From NCBI GenBank assembly GCA_963768615.1, contig CAVYIE010000007.1, positions 1,356,648 to 1,420,647 of the forward strand: a stretch of DNA of 64,000 nucleotides, written 5' to 3'. Position 1 is the stretch's first letter. The number at the start of each line of letters is the position of its first letter. A program made the translations under genes and the position numbers. Shown here one piece after another: positions 40,216 through 50,520 of this stretch. The notes under the pieces are model-generated. The model saw only the letters and a program-made list of their open reading frames with translations. It did not search any database and was not told the DNA's origin. This stretch comes from Candidatus Eiseniibacteriota bacterium. GTDB lineage: Bacteria > Eisenbacteria > RBG-16-71-46 > JABDJR01.

Positions 40216-41186
40216 GCACGGTCAGCTACCTGGAAGCGCTCCGTCAGGGCCTGTTCGAGGAAATGGAGCGGGACGAGCGGGTGCTCCTGCTCGGGGAGGA
40301 CGTGGGCACCTACGGGGGCGCCTTCGGGGTCACCAGCGGGCTCAAGGAGCGCTTCGGGGACAAGCGGGTCCTGGACACTCCCCTCTCCGAGACCGGCTTC
40401 ACCGGGGCCGCCTGCGGGGCGGCCCTGGCCGGGTTCCGGCCCATCGTGGAGTACCAGTTCATCGACTTCATGTCCTGCGCCTTCAGCACCATCGTCAACT
40501 TCGTCGCCACCGGCCGCTATCGCACCGGCATGGTGCTTCCGCTGGTGCTGCGCGGTCCCTGCGGGGGCGGGGTCCACGGCGGGCCCTTCCACAGCCAGAA
40601 CCCGGAGAGCTACTTCATGAACGTGCCCGGGCTCAAGATCGTGGCCCCGGCCACCGCCCACGACGCCAAGGGGCTGTTGAAGGCGGCGGTGCGGGACGAC
40701 GGCCCGGTGATCTACCTGGAGCACAAGTACCTCTACCGCCGGATCAAGGACGAGGTGCCCGGAGAGGACTACGTGGTCCCCATCGGCAAGGGCGCGGTGC
40801 GGCGCGAGGGCCGGGACCTGAGCATCGTCACCTACGGGAGCATGGTCTTCCGCGCCCTGGAGGCGGCCGAGGCCCTGGCCGGGGACGGGATCTCGGTGGA
40901 GGTGGTGGACCTCCGCACCCTGCTCCCGGTGGACGAGGAGCTCCTGCTCGCCACCGCCCGCCGCACCGGCAAGGTGCTGGTGGTGCACGAGGCCACCCTG
41001 ACCGGCGGAGCCGGGGCCGAGTTCGCGGCCCGCATCGCCGAGAAGGCCTTCGAGTACCTGGACGCCCCCGTGCTCCGGGTGGGGAGCCTGGACACTCCCG
41101 TCCCCTATTCGCCGCCCCTGGAAGAGTTCTTCATGCCGAACACCCAGATCATCATGAACGCCGCCAAGAAGCTCGCGGCCTACTGA
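40212..41186 (+). CDS. 2-oxoacid dehydrogenase E1 beta subunit
   Basis: GEDVG..GGAF, DTPLSE, EYQFIDF, HSQNPE, EHKYLY. Confidence 0.94.
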   Translation: MSTVSYLEALRQGLFEEMERDERVLLLGEDVGTYGGAFGVTSGLKERFGDKRVLDTPLSETGFTGAACGAALAGFRPIVEYQFIDFMSCAFSTIVNFVATGRYRTGMVLPLVLRGPCGGGVHGGPFHSQNPESYFMNVPGLKIVAPATAHDAKGLLKAAVRDDGPVIYLEHKYLYRRIKDEVPGEDYVVPIGKGAVRREGRDLSIVTYGSMVFRALEAAEALAGDGISVEVVDLRTLLPVDEELLLATARRTGKVLVVHEATLTGGAGAEFAARIAEKAFEYLDAPVLRVGSLDTPVPYSPPLEEFFMPNTQIIMNAAKKLAAY

Positions 41187-41201
41187 CGGAGGCAACCGAC
41201 C

Positions 41202-42683
41202 ATGGCACAGGACGTCATCATGCCCCAGATGGGCGAATCCCTCGCCGAGGGAACCATCACCAAGTGGCTCAAGAAGGTGGGCGATACCGTGGAGCGGGAC
41301 GAGCCCCTGTTCGAGATCTCCACCGACAAGGTGGACGCGGAGATTCCCGCCCCGGCCGCGGGCACCCTGACCGAGATCCTCCACGGCGAGGGGGAGACGG
41401 TGGAGGTGAACTCGGTGGTGGGCCGGATCGGGGCCGCGGGCGAGGCGCCCTCCGGCGGGGGCGAGGCCGCCCCCAAGGGACCGGAAGCGTCGGCCGGGAC
41501 CCCCGCCGCCGAAACGGCGGCGCCGGAATCCGAGGCTCCGAAGGCGGAGGAGGCTCCGGCGGCCGAGCCCGGCCCGGCGGAGGAGGCCGAGCGGGAGACC
41601 CGGGGCGAGCGTGAGTCGGCCAAGGAACGCGAGGGGGCGGCGGGGGCTCCCGCCGGCCGCGGGGACGGCGGGCGCACGGTGGAGAAGCCCTACGACGGCT
41701 ACTCCCCCGAGGAGATGCGCCGGGTCCGTTCCTCCCCGGTGGTGCGCAAGATTGCCGACGAGCACGGGGTGGACATCGCCGAGGTCCCGGGGACCGGGGT
41801 CTCGGGCCGGGTGACCAAGAAGGACATCCTGGACTACCTGGAGGGGGGCGCCCCGGCCCGGGAGCCGGCGTCGGAGACGAAGGCGGGAACCCCGGCCCCG
41901 GCGGCATCCGCTCCGGCCGCGCCCGCCCCCTCCGGGGCGCCGGTGGAGGGGATCCGCCTCCCCGATCTCCACATCCCCCCCTACGTGGAGGGGGAGCCGG
42001 TCTCGGTGGAACCGATGTCGGTCATGCGGAAGAAGATCGCCGACCACATGGTCTACTCCCAGACCGTGGCCGCCCACGTCACCTCGTTCTTCGACGTGGA
42101 CTTCGAGGCGGTGGCCCGGCAGCGCCGGTCGCTCAAGGAGTCCTTCGCCGAGAAGGGGGTCAAGCTCACCTACATGCCCTTCATCATCCGGGCCATCGTG
42201 GACGGGCTGCAGACCTTCCCCTATCTGAACGCGGCGGTGATGGGCGACCGCATCGTGTTCAAGCAGGAGATCAACATCGGTATCGCGGTGGCCCTGGAGG
42301 GGGGGAAGGGGCTCATCGTGCCCGTGATCCGGAACGCGGACGAGAAGAACCTCCTGGGCCTGGCCCGGGCGGTCAACGATCTCGGCGAGCGGGCCCGGAC
42401 CAAGAAGCTCTCTCCCGACGAGGTGCAGCGGGGGACCTTCTCCATCACCAACCCCGGGGTCTACGGGGGCCTCGGCGGCACCCCCATCATCAACCAGCCC
42501 CAGGTGGCCATCCTGGGGGTGGGGGCGATCGAGAAACGCCCGGTGGTCATCGACGACGCCATCGCCATCCGCCACCGGTGCTACCTCTCGCTCTCCTACG
42601 ACCACCGGCTGGTGGACGGGGCCATGGCCGAGATGTTCATGGCCCACGTGAAGCGGTTCATCGAGGCCGGGAACGTCCAGTAG
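41202..42683 (+). CDS. Dihydrolipoamide acyltransferase (E2)
   Basis: Lipoyl domain STDKVDAE, E3-binding GTGVSGRVTKKD, catalytic SYDHRLVDG. Confidence 0.95.
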   Translation: MAQDVIMPQMGESLAEGTITKWLKKVGDTVERDEPLFEISTDKVDAEIPAPAAGTLTEILHGEGETVEVNSVVGRIGAAGEAPSGGGEAAPKGPEASAGTPAAETAAPESEAPKAEEAPAAEPGPAEEAERETRGERESAKEREGAAGAPAGRGDGGRTVEKPYDGYSPEEMRRVRSSPVVRKIADEHGVDIAEVPGTGVSGRVTKKDILDYLEGGAPAREPASETKAGTPAPAASAPAAPAPSGAPVEGIRLPDLHIPPYVEGEPVSVEPMSVMRKKIADHMVYSQTVAAHVTSFFDVDFEAVARQRRSLKESFAEKGVKLTYMPFIIRAIVDGLQTFPYLNAAVMGDRIVFKQEINIGIAVALEGGKGLIVPVIRNADEKNLLGLARAVNDLGERARTKKLSPDEVQRGTFSITNPGVYGGLGGTPIINQPQVAILGVGAIEKRPVVIDDAIAIRHRCYLSLSYDHRLVDGAMAEMFMAHVKRFIEAGNVQ

Positions 42684-42710
42684 CTCCCGGGCAGGGTGTA
42701 CACTCGAACC

Positions 42711-43412
42711 ATGAGTCCACGATTCCTGGAAACATCGTTCCTGGGCCGGGTGGCCTACGATGACGGCCTCCGGCTCCAGGAGGAGCGGGTGGCCGCGGTC
42801 AAGGCGGGGGCGGCCCCCGAGGCCCTGTTCCTCCTCGAGCACGATCCGGTCATCACCCTGGGACGGAACGCCCGCCGCGAGAACGTGATCGCCTCCGGGG
42901 AGGCGCTGGAGCGCCTCGGGATCACGGTCGCCGAGTGCGGGCGGGGCGGCGACGTCACCTATCACGGCCCGGGACAGCTGGTCGGCTACCCCATCCTGAA
43001 CCTGGCCCCGGACCGGAAGGACGTGTGGAAGTACGTACGGAACCTGGAGGAGGCGCTGATCCGGACCCTGGCCGGCTACGGCGTGGCCGGGACCCGCAAG
43101 CAGGGGCTGACCGGGGTGTGGGTCGGGGACGCGAAGGTGGCCGCCATCGGGGTGCGGGTCTCGCGCTGGGTGACCAGCCACGGCTTCGCCCTCAACGTGA
43201 CCACCGATCTCTCCCACTTCGGGACCATCGTCCCCTGCGGGATCACCCGGTACGGGGTGACCAGCCTGGAGCGGCTGCTCCCCTCGCCCCCTTCGCTGGA
43301 CGAGGTGGGAGCGGAGTTCGCGCGGGAGTTCGCCCCCCTCTTCGGGCGCGAGGTGGTCTGGACCGCGCCCCCGCACCCGAACGACAGGACCGAGAAGACC
43401 GCCGCCTGCTGA
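42711..43412 (+). CDS. lipB: Lipoyl(octanoyl) transferase
   Basis: LEHDPVITLG, RGGDVTYHGPGQ, KVAAIG, HGFALN, PCG. Confidence 0.95.
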   Translation: MSPRFLETSFLGRVAYDDGLRLQEERVAAVKAGAAPEALFLLEHDPVITLGRNARRENVIASGEALERLGITVAECGRGGDVTYHGPGQLVGYPILNLAPDRKDVWKYVRNLEEALIRTLAGYGVAGTRKQGLTGVWVGDAKVAAIGVRVSRWVTSHGFALNVTTDLSHFGTIVPCGITRYGVTSLERLLPSPPSLDEVGAEFAREFAPLFGREVVWTAPPHPNDRTEKTAAC

Positions 43413-43446
43413 GGCGGGCGCGGCCCAACCTGGAAACGGAGCCCGG

Positions 43447-44391
43447 ATGCCCGACAGCAAGACCCCTTCCCCCCGCCGGCCGGAGTGGATCAAGATCCAG
43501 CTCAACAACACCGACGCCTACCGGGAGGTGAAGTCCCTGGTCAAGGGGCTCGCCCTCAACACGGTGTGCGAGGAGGCCCGCTGCCCCAACATCTTCGAGT
43601 GCTGGGGGCGGGAGAAGACGGCCACCTTCATGGTCATGGGCGACATCTGCACCCGCCGGTGCATGTTCTGCAACGTGGCCAAGGGACAGCCGGGGTACCT
43701 CGATCCCGACGAGCCGCGCCACGTGGGAGAAGCGGTGGCCGCCCTGGGGCTCCGCCACGCGGTGATCACCCAGGTCAACCGCGACGACCTCCCCGACGGC
43801 GGGGCCGAGCACTTCGCCCGCACCATCCGGGCCATCCGGGAGAACGCTCCGGAGTGCCGGGTGGAGGTCCTGATCAGCGACCTCCAGGGGGACTGGGACG
43901 CCCTGGAGACCCTCCTCGACGCCGGGCCGGACGTGCTCGCCCACAACGTGGAGTGCGTGAAGCGGCTTTACCGCCGGGTGCGCCCCTACGCGGTGTACGA
44001 ACGCTCCATGGAGCTCCTGGCCCGCGCCGCCCGGGCCCGCGGCACCCGGATCAAGGCCACCAAGTCGGGGATCATGGCCGGCCTGGGCGAGACCTTCGAG
44101 GAGGTGGTGGATCTCATGGGGGACCTCCGCCGGGCCGACGTGGACATCTTCACCGTGGGGCAGTACCTCCAGCCCACGAAGAAGCACCTGCCCATCGCCA
44201 AGTACCTCACCCCGGAGGAATTCGCGCGGATCCGGGAGGCGGGCGAGGCGGCCGGCTTCGTGTACGTGGAGTCCGGACCCCTGGTGCGCTCCTCCTATCA
44301 CGCCGGGCGGGCCGGAGAGGCCATGGAACGGCTCCTGGCCGCCTGGGGCCAGGCTCCGGCACCGGCGGCCCCCGCCCCCGCCGGATCCTGA
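43447..44391 (+). CDS. lipA: Lipoyl synthase
   Basis: CEEARCPNIFEC, CTRRCMFC, RSSYHA. Confidence 0.97.
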   Translation: MPDSKTPSPRRPEWIKIQLNNTDAYREVKSLVKGLALNTVCEEARCPNIFECWGREKTATFMVMGDICTRRCMFCNVAKGQPGYLDPDEPRHVGEAVAALGLRHAVITQVNRDDLPDGGAEHFARTIRAIRENAPECRVEVLISDLQGDWDALETLLDAGPDVLAHNVECVKRLYRRVRPYAVYERSMELLARAARARGTRIKATKSGIMAGLGETFEEVVDLMGDLRRADVDIFTVGQYLQPTKKHLPIAKYLTPEEFARIREAGEAAGFVYVESGPLVRSSYHAGRAGEAMERLLAAWGQAPAPAAPAPAGS

Positions 44392-44393
44392 TC

Positions 44394-45347
44394 GTGCGCC
44401 GGGGCGGGTTCCTGGCCGCGGCGCTCATGTTGGCTCTCTGCTGCGGAGGCCCGGCCATGGCCGAACCGCCCGATACCGGGGCGCTCCCGGACTTCGACGC
44501 CTGGTGGGACTACGCTCACCCCGATTCCACCGAGGCCCGCTTCCGGGAGCTTCTCCCCCGCGCCCGCGCCGCCGGCGACCCGGACCTCCTCGCCCAGCTC
44601 CTCACCCAGATCGCCCGCACCGAGGGGCTCCAGCGCCGGTTCGACGACGCCCACCGCACCCTGGACGAGGCGGAAGGGATGCTCTCCGCGGACACCCCGG
44701 TGGCCCGGGTGCGCTACCTCCTGGAGCGCGGCCGGGTGTTCAACTCCTCGGGGAAGGCCGGCGAGGCCCGGCCGCTCTTCCTGCGGGCCTGGGAGACCGC
44801 CGGCGCCGGCGGCCTGGACTTCTACGCCGTGGACGCCGCGCACATGATGGGCATCGTGGAGACGGGCGATTCCTCGGTGGCCTGGAACGAGCGCGCCATC
44901 GCCCTGGCGGAGACCTCGACCAGCGAGCGGGCCCGCGGGTGGCTGGGTTCGCTCACCAACAACCTGGGCTGGACCTACCACGACGCGGGCGAGTACACCC
45001 GGGCGCTTACGCTCTTCGAGAGGGCGCTGGCCTTCCGCCGCGAGCACGGTACGCCGGAGCAGGTCCGGATCGCCCGCTGGTGCGTGGCCCGGGCGCACCG
45101 GAGCCTGGGCCGGATCCGGGAGGCGCTGGCCGAGCAGGAGGCGCTCGCCGCCGAGCTGGAGGCGGCGGGAGCCGGGGACGGCTACGTGGAGGAGGAACTC
45201 GGCGAGTGCCTCACCCTCCTCGACCGTCCGTCCGAGGCCGCGCCCCACTTCGCCCGGGCCTACGCGCTCCTCTCCCGGGACCCCTGGTTCCGGGAGGGCG
45301 AGCCCGAGCGCCTGGCGCGGATGAAGGAGCTGGGCGGCGTTCCCTGA
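44394..45347 (+). CDS. Secreted tetratricopeptide-repeat protein
   Basis: Signal peptide, then TQIART.GLQ, YLLERGRVFNS, DAAHM, NNLGW TPR-like helices; C-terminal part of ORF 43485..45347. Confidence 0.82.
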   Translation: MRRGGFLAAALMLALCCGGPAMAEPPDTGALPDFDAWWDYAHPDSTEARFRELLPRARAAGDPDLLAQLLTQIARTEGLQRRFDDAHRTLDEAEGMLSADTPVARVRYLLERGRVFNSSGKAGEARPLFLRAWETAGAGGLDFYAVDAAHMMGIVETGDSSVAWNERAIALAETSTSERARGWLGSLTNNLGWTYHDAGEYTRALTLFERALAFRREHGTPEQVRIARWCVARAHRSLGRIREALAEQEALAAELEAAGAGDGYVEEELGECLTLLDRPSEAAPHFARAYALLSRDPWFREGEPERLARMKELGGVP

Positions 45348-45365
45348 CCCCGCCGCCCTGTCCTC

Positions 45366-45818
45366 TCAGACCGTGCCCTTGAACAGCTCCCGCAGATCCA
45401 GGGAGGGGGCCTGGCCCTCCGCGGCCAGGGACACGTAGGCGCGGGCAAGGGCGTCCTTGCCCATGCCCAGCACCGTGCTCACCAGCCCCAGGGCGCGGGC
45501 CAGTTCCCCCGGCTCCAGGAAGGCCAGGGCCCGGGCCCACACCGCCTCCTCCAGCGCGTTGAACGCGGTCTGCACCTCGAGCAGATCGTAGCCGGAGGCG
45601 AAGCGCTCCGCGGCCACCTCCCGGGCGTGCCGGTTCATCGGCTCCGCGTTCCGGGTCCGCACCGCCTCCCGCATCAGCTCGAACAGCCGGTTCAGCCGTT
45701 CGCGGACCCGTTCCGGCCCCTCGGCCTCGTAGTGGCGCAGGTGGCAGCGGCGCAGGCACTCCACCGCCGAGGTCACGATCCGCTCCCCTTCCACGTCGAG
45801 AAGTTCGATCACGTCCAT
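45366..45818 (-). CDS. Hypothetical all-helical protein, RsbRD N-terminal-like
   Basis: GGAGG SD; ERFASGYDLLEVQTAFNALEEAVW pattern. Confidence 0.65.
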   Translation of the reverse strand: MDVIELLDVEGERIVTSAVECLRRCHLRHYEAEGPERVRERLNRLFELMREAVRTRNAEPMNRHAREVAAERFASGYDLLEVQTAFNALEEAVWARALAFLEPGELARALGLVSTVLGMGKDALARAYVSLAAEGQAPSLDLRELFKGTV

Positions 45819-45952
45819 GGGTACCTCCCGGCGCGGCGTTCACCGGCCGCGTCGCCTCCATTCTAGGCAGCGCCGACGCGGGAGGGACCTCGGTTCCCTG
45901 GAAACGGCGTATCCACGCCCCGCGGGTCGGGGGCGCCCCGCCCTCCCGGCGA

Positions 45953-47625
45953 TCAGCTCAGGTCGGCGGTGGCCAGGAACCGGGGCGGCCGGCGGTGCCG
46001 GGTCCCCTGCTCGTAGGCGTAGGCCAGCTTCAGCAGCAGCGGTTCCGTCCAGGCCCGGCCCACGAAGGAGATCCCCACCGGCAGCCCGAAGACGAAGCCG
46101 GCGGGCACGGTGATGCTGGGATAGCCGGAGACGGCGGCCGGGGTCGAGCTCCCCCCAGGTAGTGGTCGCCGTTCACCAGGTCGGTGGTCCAGGCCGGCCC
46201 CCCGGTGGGCATGACCAGGGCGTCGAGGCGGTGCTCGTGCATGACCGCGTCGATCCCCTCCTTCCGGGAGAGCCGGCGGCACTTGTCCAGGGCGTCCTGG
46301 TAGGCCGGGTCGCTCAGCGGGCCCTTCTCCTCGGCCAGGTGCATGATCTCCTGGCCGAAGAAGCGGAGTTCCTCCTCCCGGTGGGCCTCGTTGAAGGCGA
46401 TCACGTCGGCCAGGGACTTGACCCCGGCGGTGGGGGCCCACTCCCGGAGGTAGGCCTCCAGATCGGCCTTGAACTCGTAGAGGAGCACCTCGAACTCGGC
46501 GTCGTCGTACTCCCCGGCATGGGGGATGTCGGCGGGGTCCACGATCTCCGCCCCCAGGCGCTTCAGGTCCTCCAGGGCGGTCTCGACGATCCGGTCGGCG
46601 GGGTCCGAGTAGCCGAAGAACTTCTCCCGGGCCACGCCGATCCGCGCCCCGGCCAGCCCGTTCGGGTCCAGGAAGCGGGTGTAGTCCTCCTCCCGGTGCC
46701 GGCCGGCGGCGGCGGTGGCCGGGTCCATGGGATCCACCCCGGCCAGGGCGCCCAGGAGGATGGCGGCGTCGGTCACGGTGCGGGCCATGGGGCCGGCGGT
46801 GTCCTGGGAATGGGCGATGGGCACGATCCCCGAGCGGCTGACCAGGCCCAGGGTGGGCTTCACCCCCACCACGCCGTTGGTGGCCGAGGGACAGACCACC
46901 GAGCCGTCGGTCTCGGTCCCCACCGCCACCGCGCACAGGTTGGCCGAGACCCCCGCCCCCGACCCGGAGCTGGAGCCGCAGGGGCTCCGGTCCAGGGCGT
47001 AGGGGTTCCGGGTCTGGCCTCCCCGGGCGCTCCAGCCGCTGCTGGAGCGGGTGGACCGGAAGTTCGCCCATTCGCTCAGGTTGGCCTTGCCCAGGATCAC
47101 CGCCCCGGCTTCGCGGAGCCTCGCGGCCACGAAGGAGTCCCGGGGTGGAGCCGCCCCGGCCAGGGCCAGGGACCCGGCGGTGGTCTGCATGCGGTCGGCG
47201 GTGGCGATGTTGTCCTTGATCAGGACCGGGACCCCGTGGAGCGGGCCCCGCGGACCCTGGGCCTTGCGCTCGGCGTCGAGGGCCTCGGCCAGGGTCAGGG
47301 CCTCGGGGTTGGTCTCGATCACGTGGCGCAGCTCGGGCCCCATGAGGTTGGTGGCCTCGATCCGCACCAGGTAGCGGCGGGTGATCTCCCGGGAGGTGAG
47401 CTTCCCGTCCCGCATGCGCCCCTGGAGATCGGCCAGGGTGGCCTCCTCCAGGTCGAAGGGGGGCGCGCCGCCGGAGCCGGACCCTCCCCCGGCGGGGCCT
47501 TCCTCCCCGGGGGGAGCCGCGAACACCGAACGCACCGGGCCCGCGGCCATGAAGGCCCCTCCCGCGGCGGCGTTGCGAAGGAAGTTCCGGCGACTGATCC
47601 CTGCGCGCTTCCGGCTCCGGCTCAT
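45953..47625 (-). CDS. Tat-exported amidase (amidase signature family); apparent frameshift in the run at 46151-46156
   Basis: SRRNFL Tat motif; GPLHGVPVLIKDN, GSSSGS, GTETDGS; C-terminus (GYPSITVPAG..GLPVG) in another frame. Confidence 0.92.
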
Positions 47626-47811
47626 GGCGTTCCTCGCTGGGTCAAGGGTTCCGCCGGCGGCGAGTTCGTTCACCGCGGCGGCGCCATTCTAGCCGTCGTC
47701 GCCCGAGCGCGCGACCCCCGGGAGTGCCGCGGCCGGAACACCGGCCGCACCGGCCCCGCAGGAACCGGCGCGGCCGAGGGACCGCCGCGGCGGGGGCAAC
47801 CGGTTACCGGA

Positions 47812-48630
47812 TCAGCGGTAGAGGGCCTTGATGTGCCCCCAGGTCACCGGTTCCACCGGGACCGAACCCCAGTCGCAGGCCTCGACGCAGAAGTCCACCT
47901 GGACGGTGTCGTTCCCGCAGACCATGTAGAGCGGGAAGCAGCAGACGGTACCGATGTTCACGGAGGCGTCCGCGCTCACGCAGAGAAACCCGCTCCAGCC
48001 CGGAGGGACCGGGTTCGGAGCGGCGGTGAAGTCCTCGTTGACCAGGGTCATGGCGTACCCGGGACAGCCGGGCCCGAAGTTCCAGTTCACCGGTCCGGAG
48101 CACGCGGTGACGATGTGGATGTAGGAGTTGCCCGCGCCCGGGCAGACCTGGAGGGTCCCGTAGTGCTTCCACACCTCGCCTCCCCCGCCGGCGGGGTCGG
48201 TCCAGACCACGTCCACGTTCCCGTCCCAGTGGTCGTCGGGCGGACAGGCGGCGGGCGCGGCGCCCACGCCGGGTGCGGGCGCGGTGCCGGGGAGGATGTT
48301 CGCGGCGCTGGGCGGAAGGTCGCCGAGGGGAACTTCGAAGACGATGTCGAAGAAGCTGTCCGGAGCCAGGCGGGGCACGGTGAAGGTGCCGATCTCCCCG
48401 AAGCGGGGAACGAAGGCTCCGAAATCCTGGGAGTAGAGGACCCCGGTGGCGGCGGCGCTGGTATCGGGGCCGGGATTGCTGAAGCGCAGATTGAAGACCA
48501 CGGTGCCGGCGGACGTGGTGGTCCAGCCGATGTCCTCGTGTTCGATGCCGAGGGTGGCCGAGGCGGCCGGGGCCAGGAGAACGACGACGAGGGCCACGAG
48601 GGTTGCGCCGATGAGGTTAGAGAGCCGCAT
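47812..48630 (-). CDS. Secreted Cys-rich hypothetical protein with C-terminal VPVEPVTWGHIKALYR motif
   Basis: AAAGGAG SD, signal peptide, 10 Cys, terminal TWGxIKALY motif. Confidence 0.85.
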   Translation of the reverse strand: MRLSNLIGATLVALVVVLLAPAASATLGIEHEDIGWTTTSAGTVVFNLRFSNPGPDTSAAATGVLYSQDFGAFVPRFGEIGTFTVPRLAPDSFFDIVFEVPLGDLPPSAANILPGTAPAPGVGAAPAACPPDDHWDGNVDVVWTDPAGGGGEVWKHYGTLQVCPGAGNSYIHIVTACSGPVNWNFGPGCPGYAMTLVNEDFTAAPNPVPPGWSGFLCVSADASVNIGTVCCFPLYMVCGNDTVQVDFCVEACDWGSVPVEPVTWGHIKALYR

Positions 48631-48808
48631 GGGGATCTCTCCTTTCCGATGGTTCGGGGGTGGGAACTCCGGGGATCCTCTGCGGCCTCCGGGCCCGAAC
48701 CTACTCCCAGGCGAGGGAAAACACAACATTTATCATGAATTTAATATGATTTAAGTAACTTCCACACCCGCTTGGGGTTGCTCAACTGCCTTTCGTACAC
48801 TTCAGGGT

Positions 48809-49624
48809 CTACTTCACCGCCCCCGCGGTGAGCCCCTGGACGATCCGCCGCTGGAAGAGGAGCACCAGCACCGCCACCGGGGCGGTGGCCACCACCGCCC
48901 CGGCCAGGATCTCCCCCCAGGGAACCTGGTACTGCCCCCGGAAGAGGGCGATGGCCACCGGCACCGTCTGCCGCTCGGGGCCCAGGGTGAAGGCCAGCGC
49001 GAACAGGAACTCGTTCCAGCAGTAGACGAAGGTGAGGATGGCGGTGGTGGCCAGCCCCGGCGCGGAGAGGGGAAGGATGATCTCGCGGAAGGTCCGGAGT
49101 CGGCTCGCCCCGTCGATCCGCGCCGCGTCCTCCAGCTCCCGGGGGAGCTGGCGGAAGAACCCGACCAGGAGCCACACCGTGAGCGGCATGGCGAAGGTCA
49201 TGTACGGGAACACCAGCCCCGGGTAGGTGTCGATCAGGTGGAGCGCCCGCAGGACCAGGTAGAGGGGCGAGACGATGGAGATCTGGGGGAACATGGTCAC
49301 GGCGAGGATGAAGGAGAGGATGGGCTTCTTCCCCCGGAATCGGAGCCGGGCCACCGCGTAGGCGCAGAAGGCGCCCAGGACCACGCAGAGGAGGGTGGTG
49401 GACCCGGCCACCACCAGCGAGTTCCGGATGGGGAGCCAGAACCGCCGCTCGGTGAAGAGCGCCCGGTAGTGCTCCAGGGTCCAGCTCCCGGGGACGAGCG
49501 ACGGCCGGGCGTAGAGCGCCGCCTCCGGGGTCAGGGACGAGACCAGCGCCCAGTAGAAGGGGAACAGGATGGCCACGACGAGAAGGGCGAGCAGCACCCG
49601 GGCGGTGAGGGCGCGCGCGCTCAC
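48809..49624 (-). CDS. Carbohydrate ABC transporter permease (MalG-like)
   Basis: ELEDAARIDGAS EAA loop, WNEFLFA, GLTAGAVK; GTGA overlap. Confidence 0.93.
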   Translation of the reverse strand: MSARALTARVLLALLVVAILFPFYWALVSSLTPEAALYARPSLVPGSWTLEHYRALFTERRFWLPIRNSLVVAGSTTLLCVVLGAFCAYAVARLRFRGKKPILSFILAVTMFPQISIVSPLYLVLRALHLIDTYPGLVFPYMTFAMPLTVWLLVGFFRQLPRELEDAARIDGASRLRTFREIILPLSAPGLATTAILTFVYCWNEFLFALAFTLGPERQTVPVAIALFRGQYQVPWGEILAGAVVATAPVAVLVLLFQRRIVQGLTAGAVK

Positions 49625-50520
49625 GACCCGTCCTCCCCGGTCAGCCCCGCCCCCAGGATCCGCACGTAGACCATGGCCAGGGCGAAGGTGATCCCGAACA
49701 CGATCACCGAGAGGGCGGAACCGTAGCCGAAGCGGAGGTTCTGGAGCAGCTCGGTGAAGGTGTAGAGGGCCACCGGCTCGGTGGAGGTCCCGGGGCCGCC
49801 CCCGGTCAGCACGTAGACCAGGTCGAAGACCCGGAAGGCGTCCAGGGTGCGGAAGATGAGGGCGACCAGGATGGCCGGCTTCAGGAGCGGCAGGGTGATG
49901 CGCAGGAGCACGGTCCAGGCCCCCGCCCCGTCCACCCGGGCCGCCTCGTAGAGCGTCTCGTCGATGTTCTGGAGCCCGGCCAGGAGCAGCAGGGTCACGA
50001 AGGGGGTCATCTTCCACACGTCGGCCAGGATCACCGGCACCCAGGCCGCGGCGGCGTGGGAGAACCAGACCAGGGGGTGGTCCAGGAGGCCCACGTCCAC
50101 CATGGCCGCGTTCACGATCCCCGCCCGGGCGTCGAAGAGGTACCGCCACAGGAGCGCCGAGACCACGGTGGGGAGGGCCCAGGGCACCAGGACCGCCGTC
50201 CGCATCAGTCCCCGCCCACGGTAGGCGCGGTTCAGGGCCAGGGCCAGGACCAGCCCCAACCCCATCTCCAGGGTCACCGTGGCCGCGGTGAAGATCCCGG
50301 TGTGGAGGAGCGCGGCCCAGAACCTCCCGGCGGAGAGCGCCTCGGCGTAGTTGGCCAGGCCCACGAAGGGCCGCCCCCGCCACGGCATGCGGAGGTCGTG
50401 CACGTGGAGGGACTCCCACCCCGCCCAGAGGAGCGGGAACACCGCCACCACCGCGATCACCCCCACCGCCGGGAGCACCAGGCCCCAGGCCAGGCGGGCC
50501 TCGCCGCGCCGGAGACTCAA
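49621..50520 (-). CDS. Carbohydrate ABC transporter permease (MalF-like)
   Basis: FVGLANY, LYEAARVDGAG, TGGGPG; TTG start overlaps the SBP stop. Confidence 0.93.
   Translation of the reverse strand: MSLRRGEARLAWGLVLPAVGVIAVVAVFPLLWAGWESLHVHDLRMPWRGRPFVGLANYAEALSAGRFWAALLHTGIFTAATVTLEMGLGLVLALALNRAYRGRGLMRTAVLVPWALPTVVSALLWRYLFDARAGIVNAAMVDVGLLDHPLVWFSHAAAAWVPVILADVWKMTPFVTLLLLAGLQNIDETLYEAARVDGAGAWTVLLRITLPLLKPAILVALIFRTLDAFRVFDLVYVLTGGGPGTSTEPVALYTFTELLQNLRFGYGSALSVIVFGITFALAMVYVRILGAGLTGEDGS

Noticed and set aside
48720-48765. AT-rich stretch as a possible dif site
   Set aside because: No XerD arm (TTATGTTAAAT-like); more likely the promoter region of the Cys-rich protein gene
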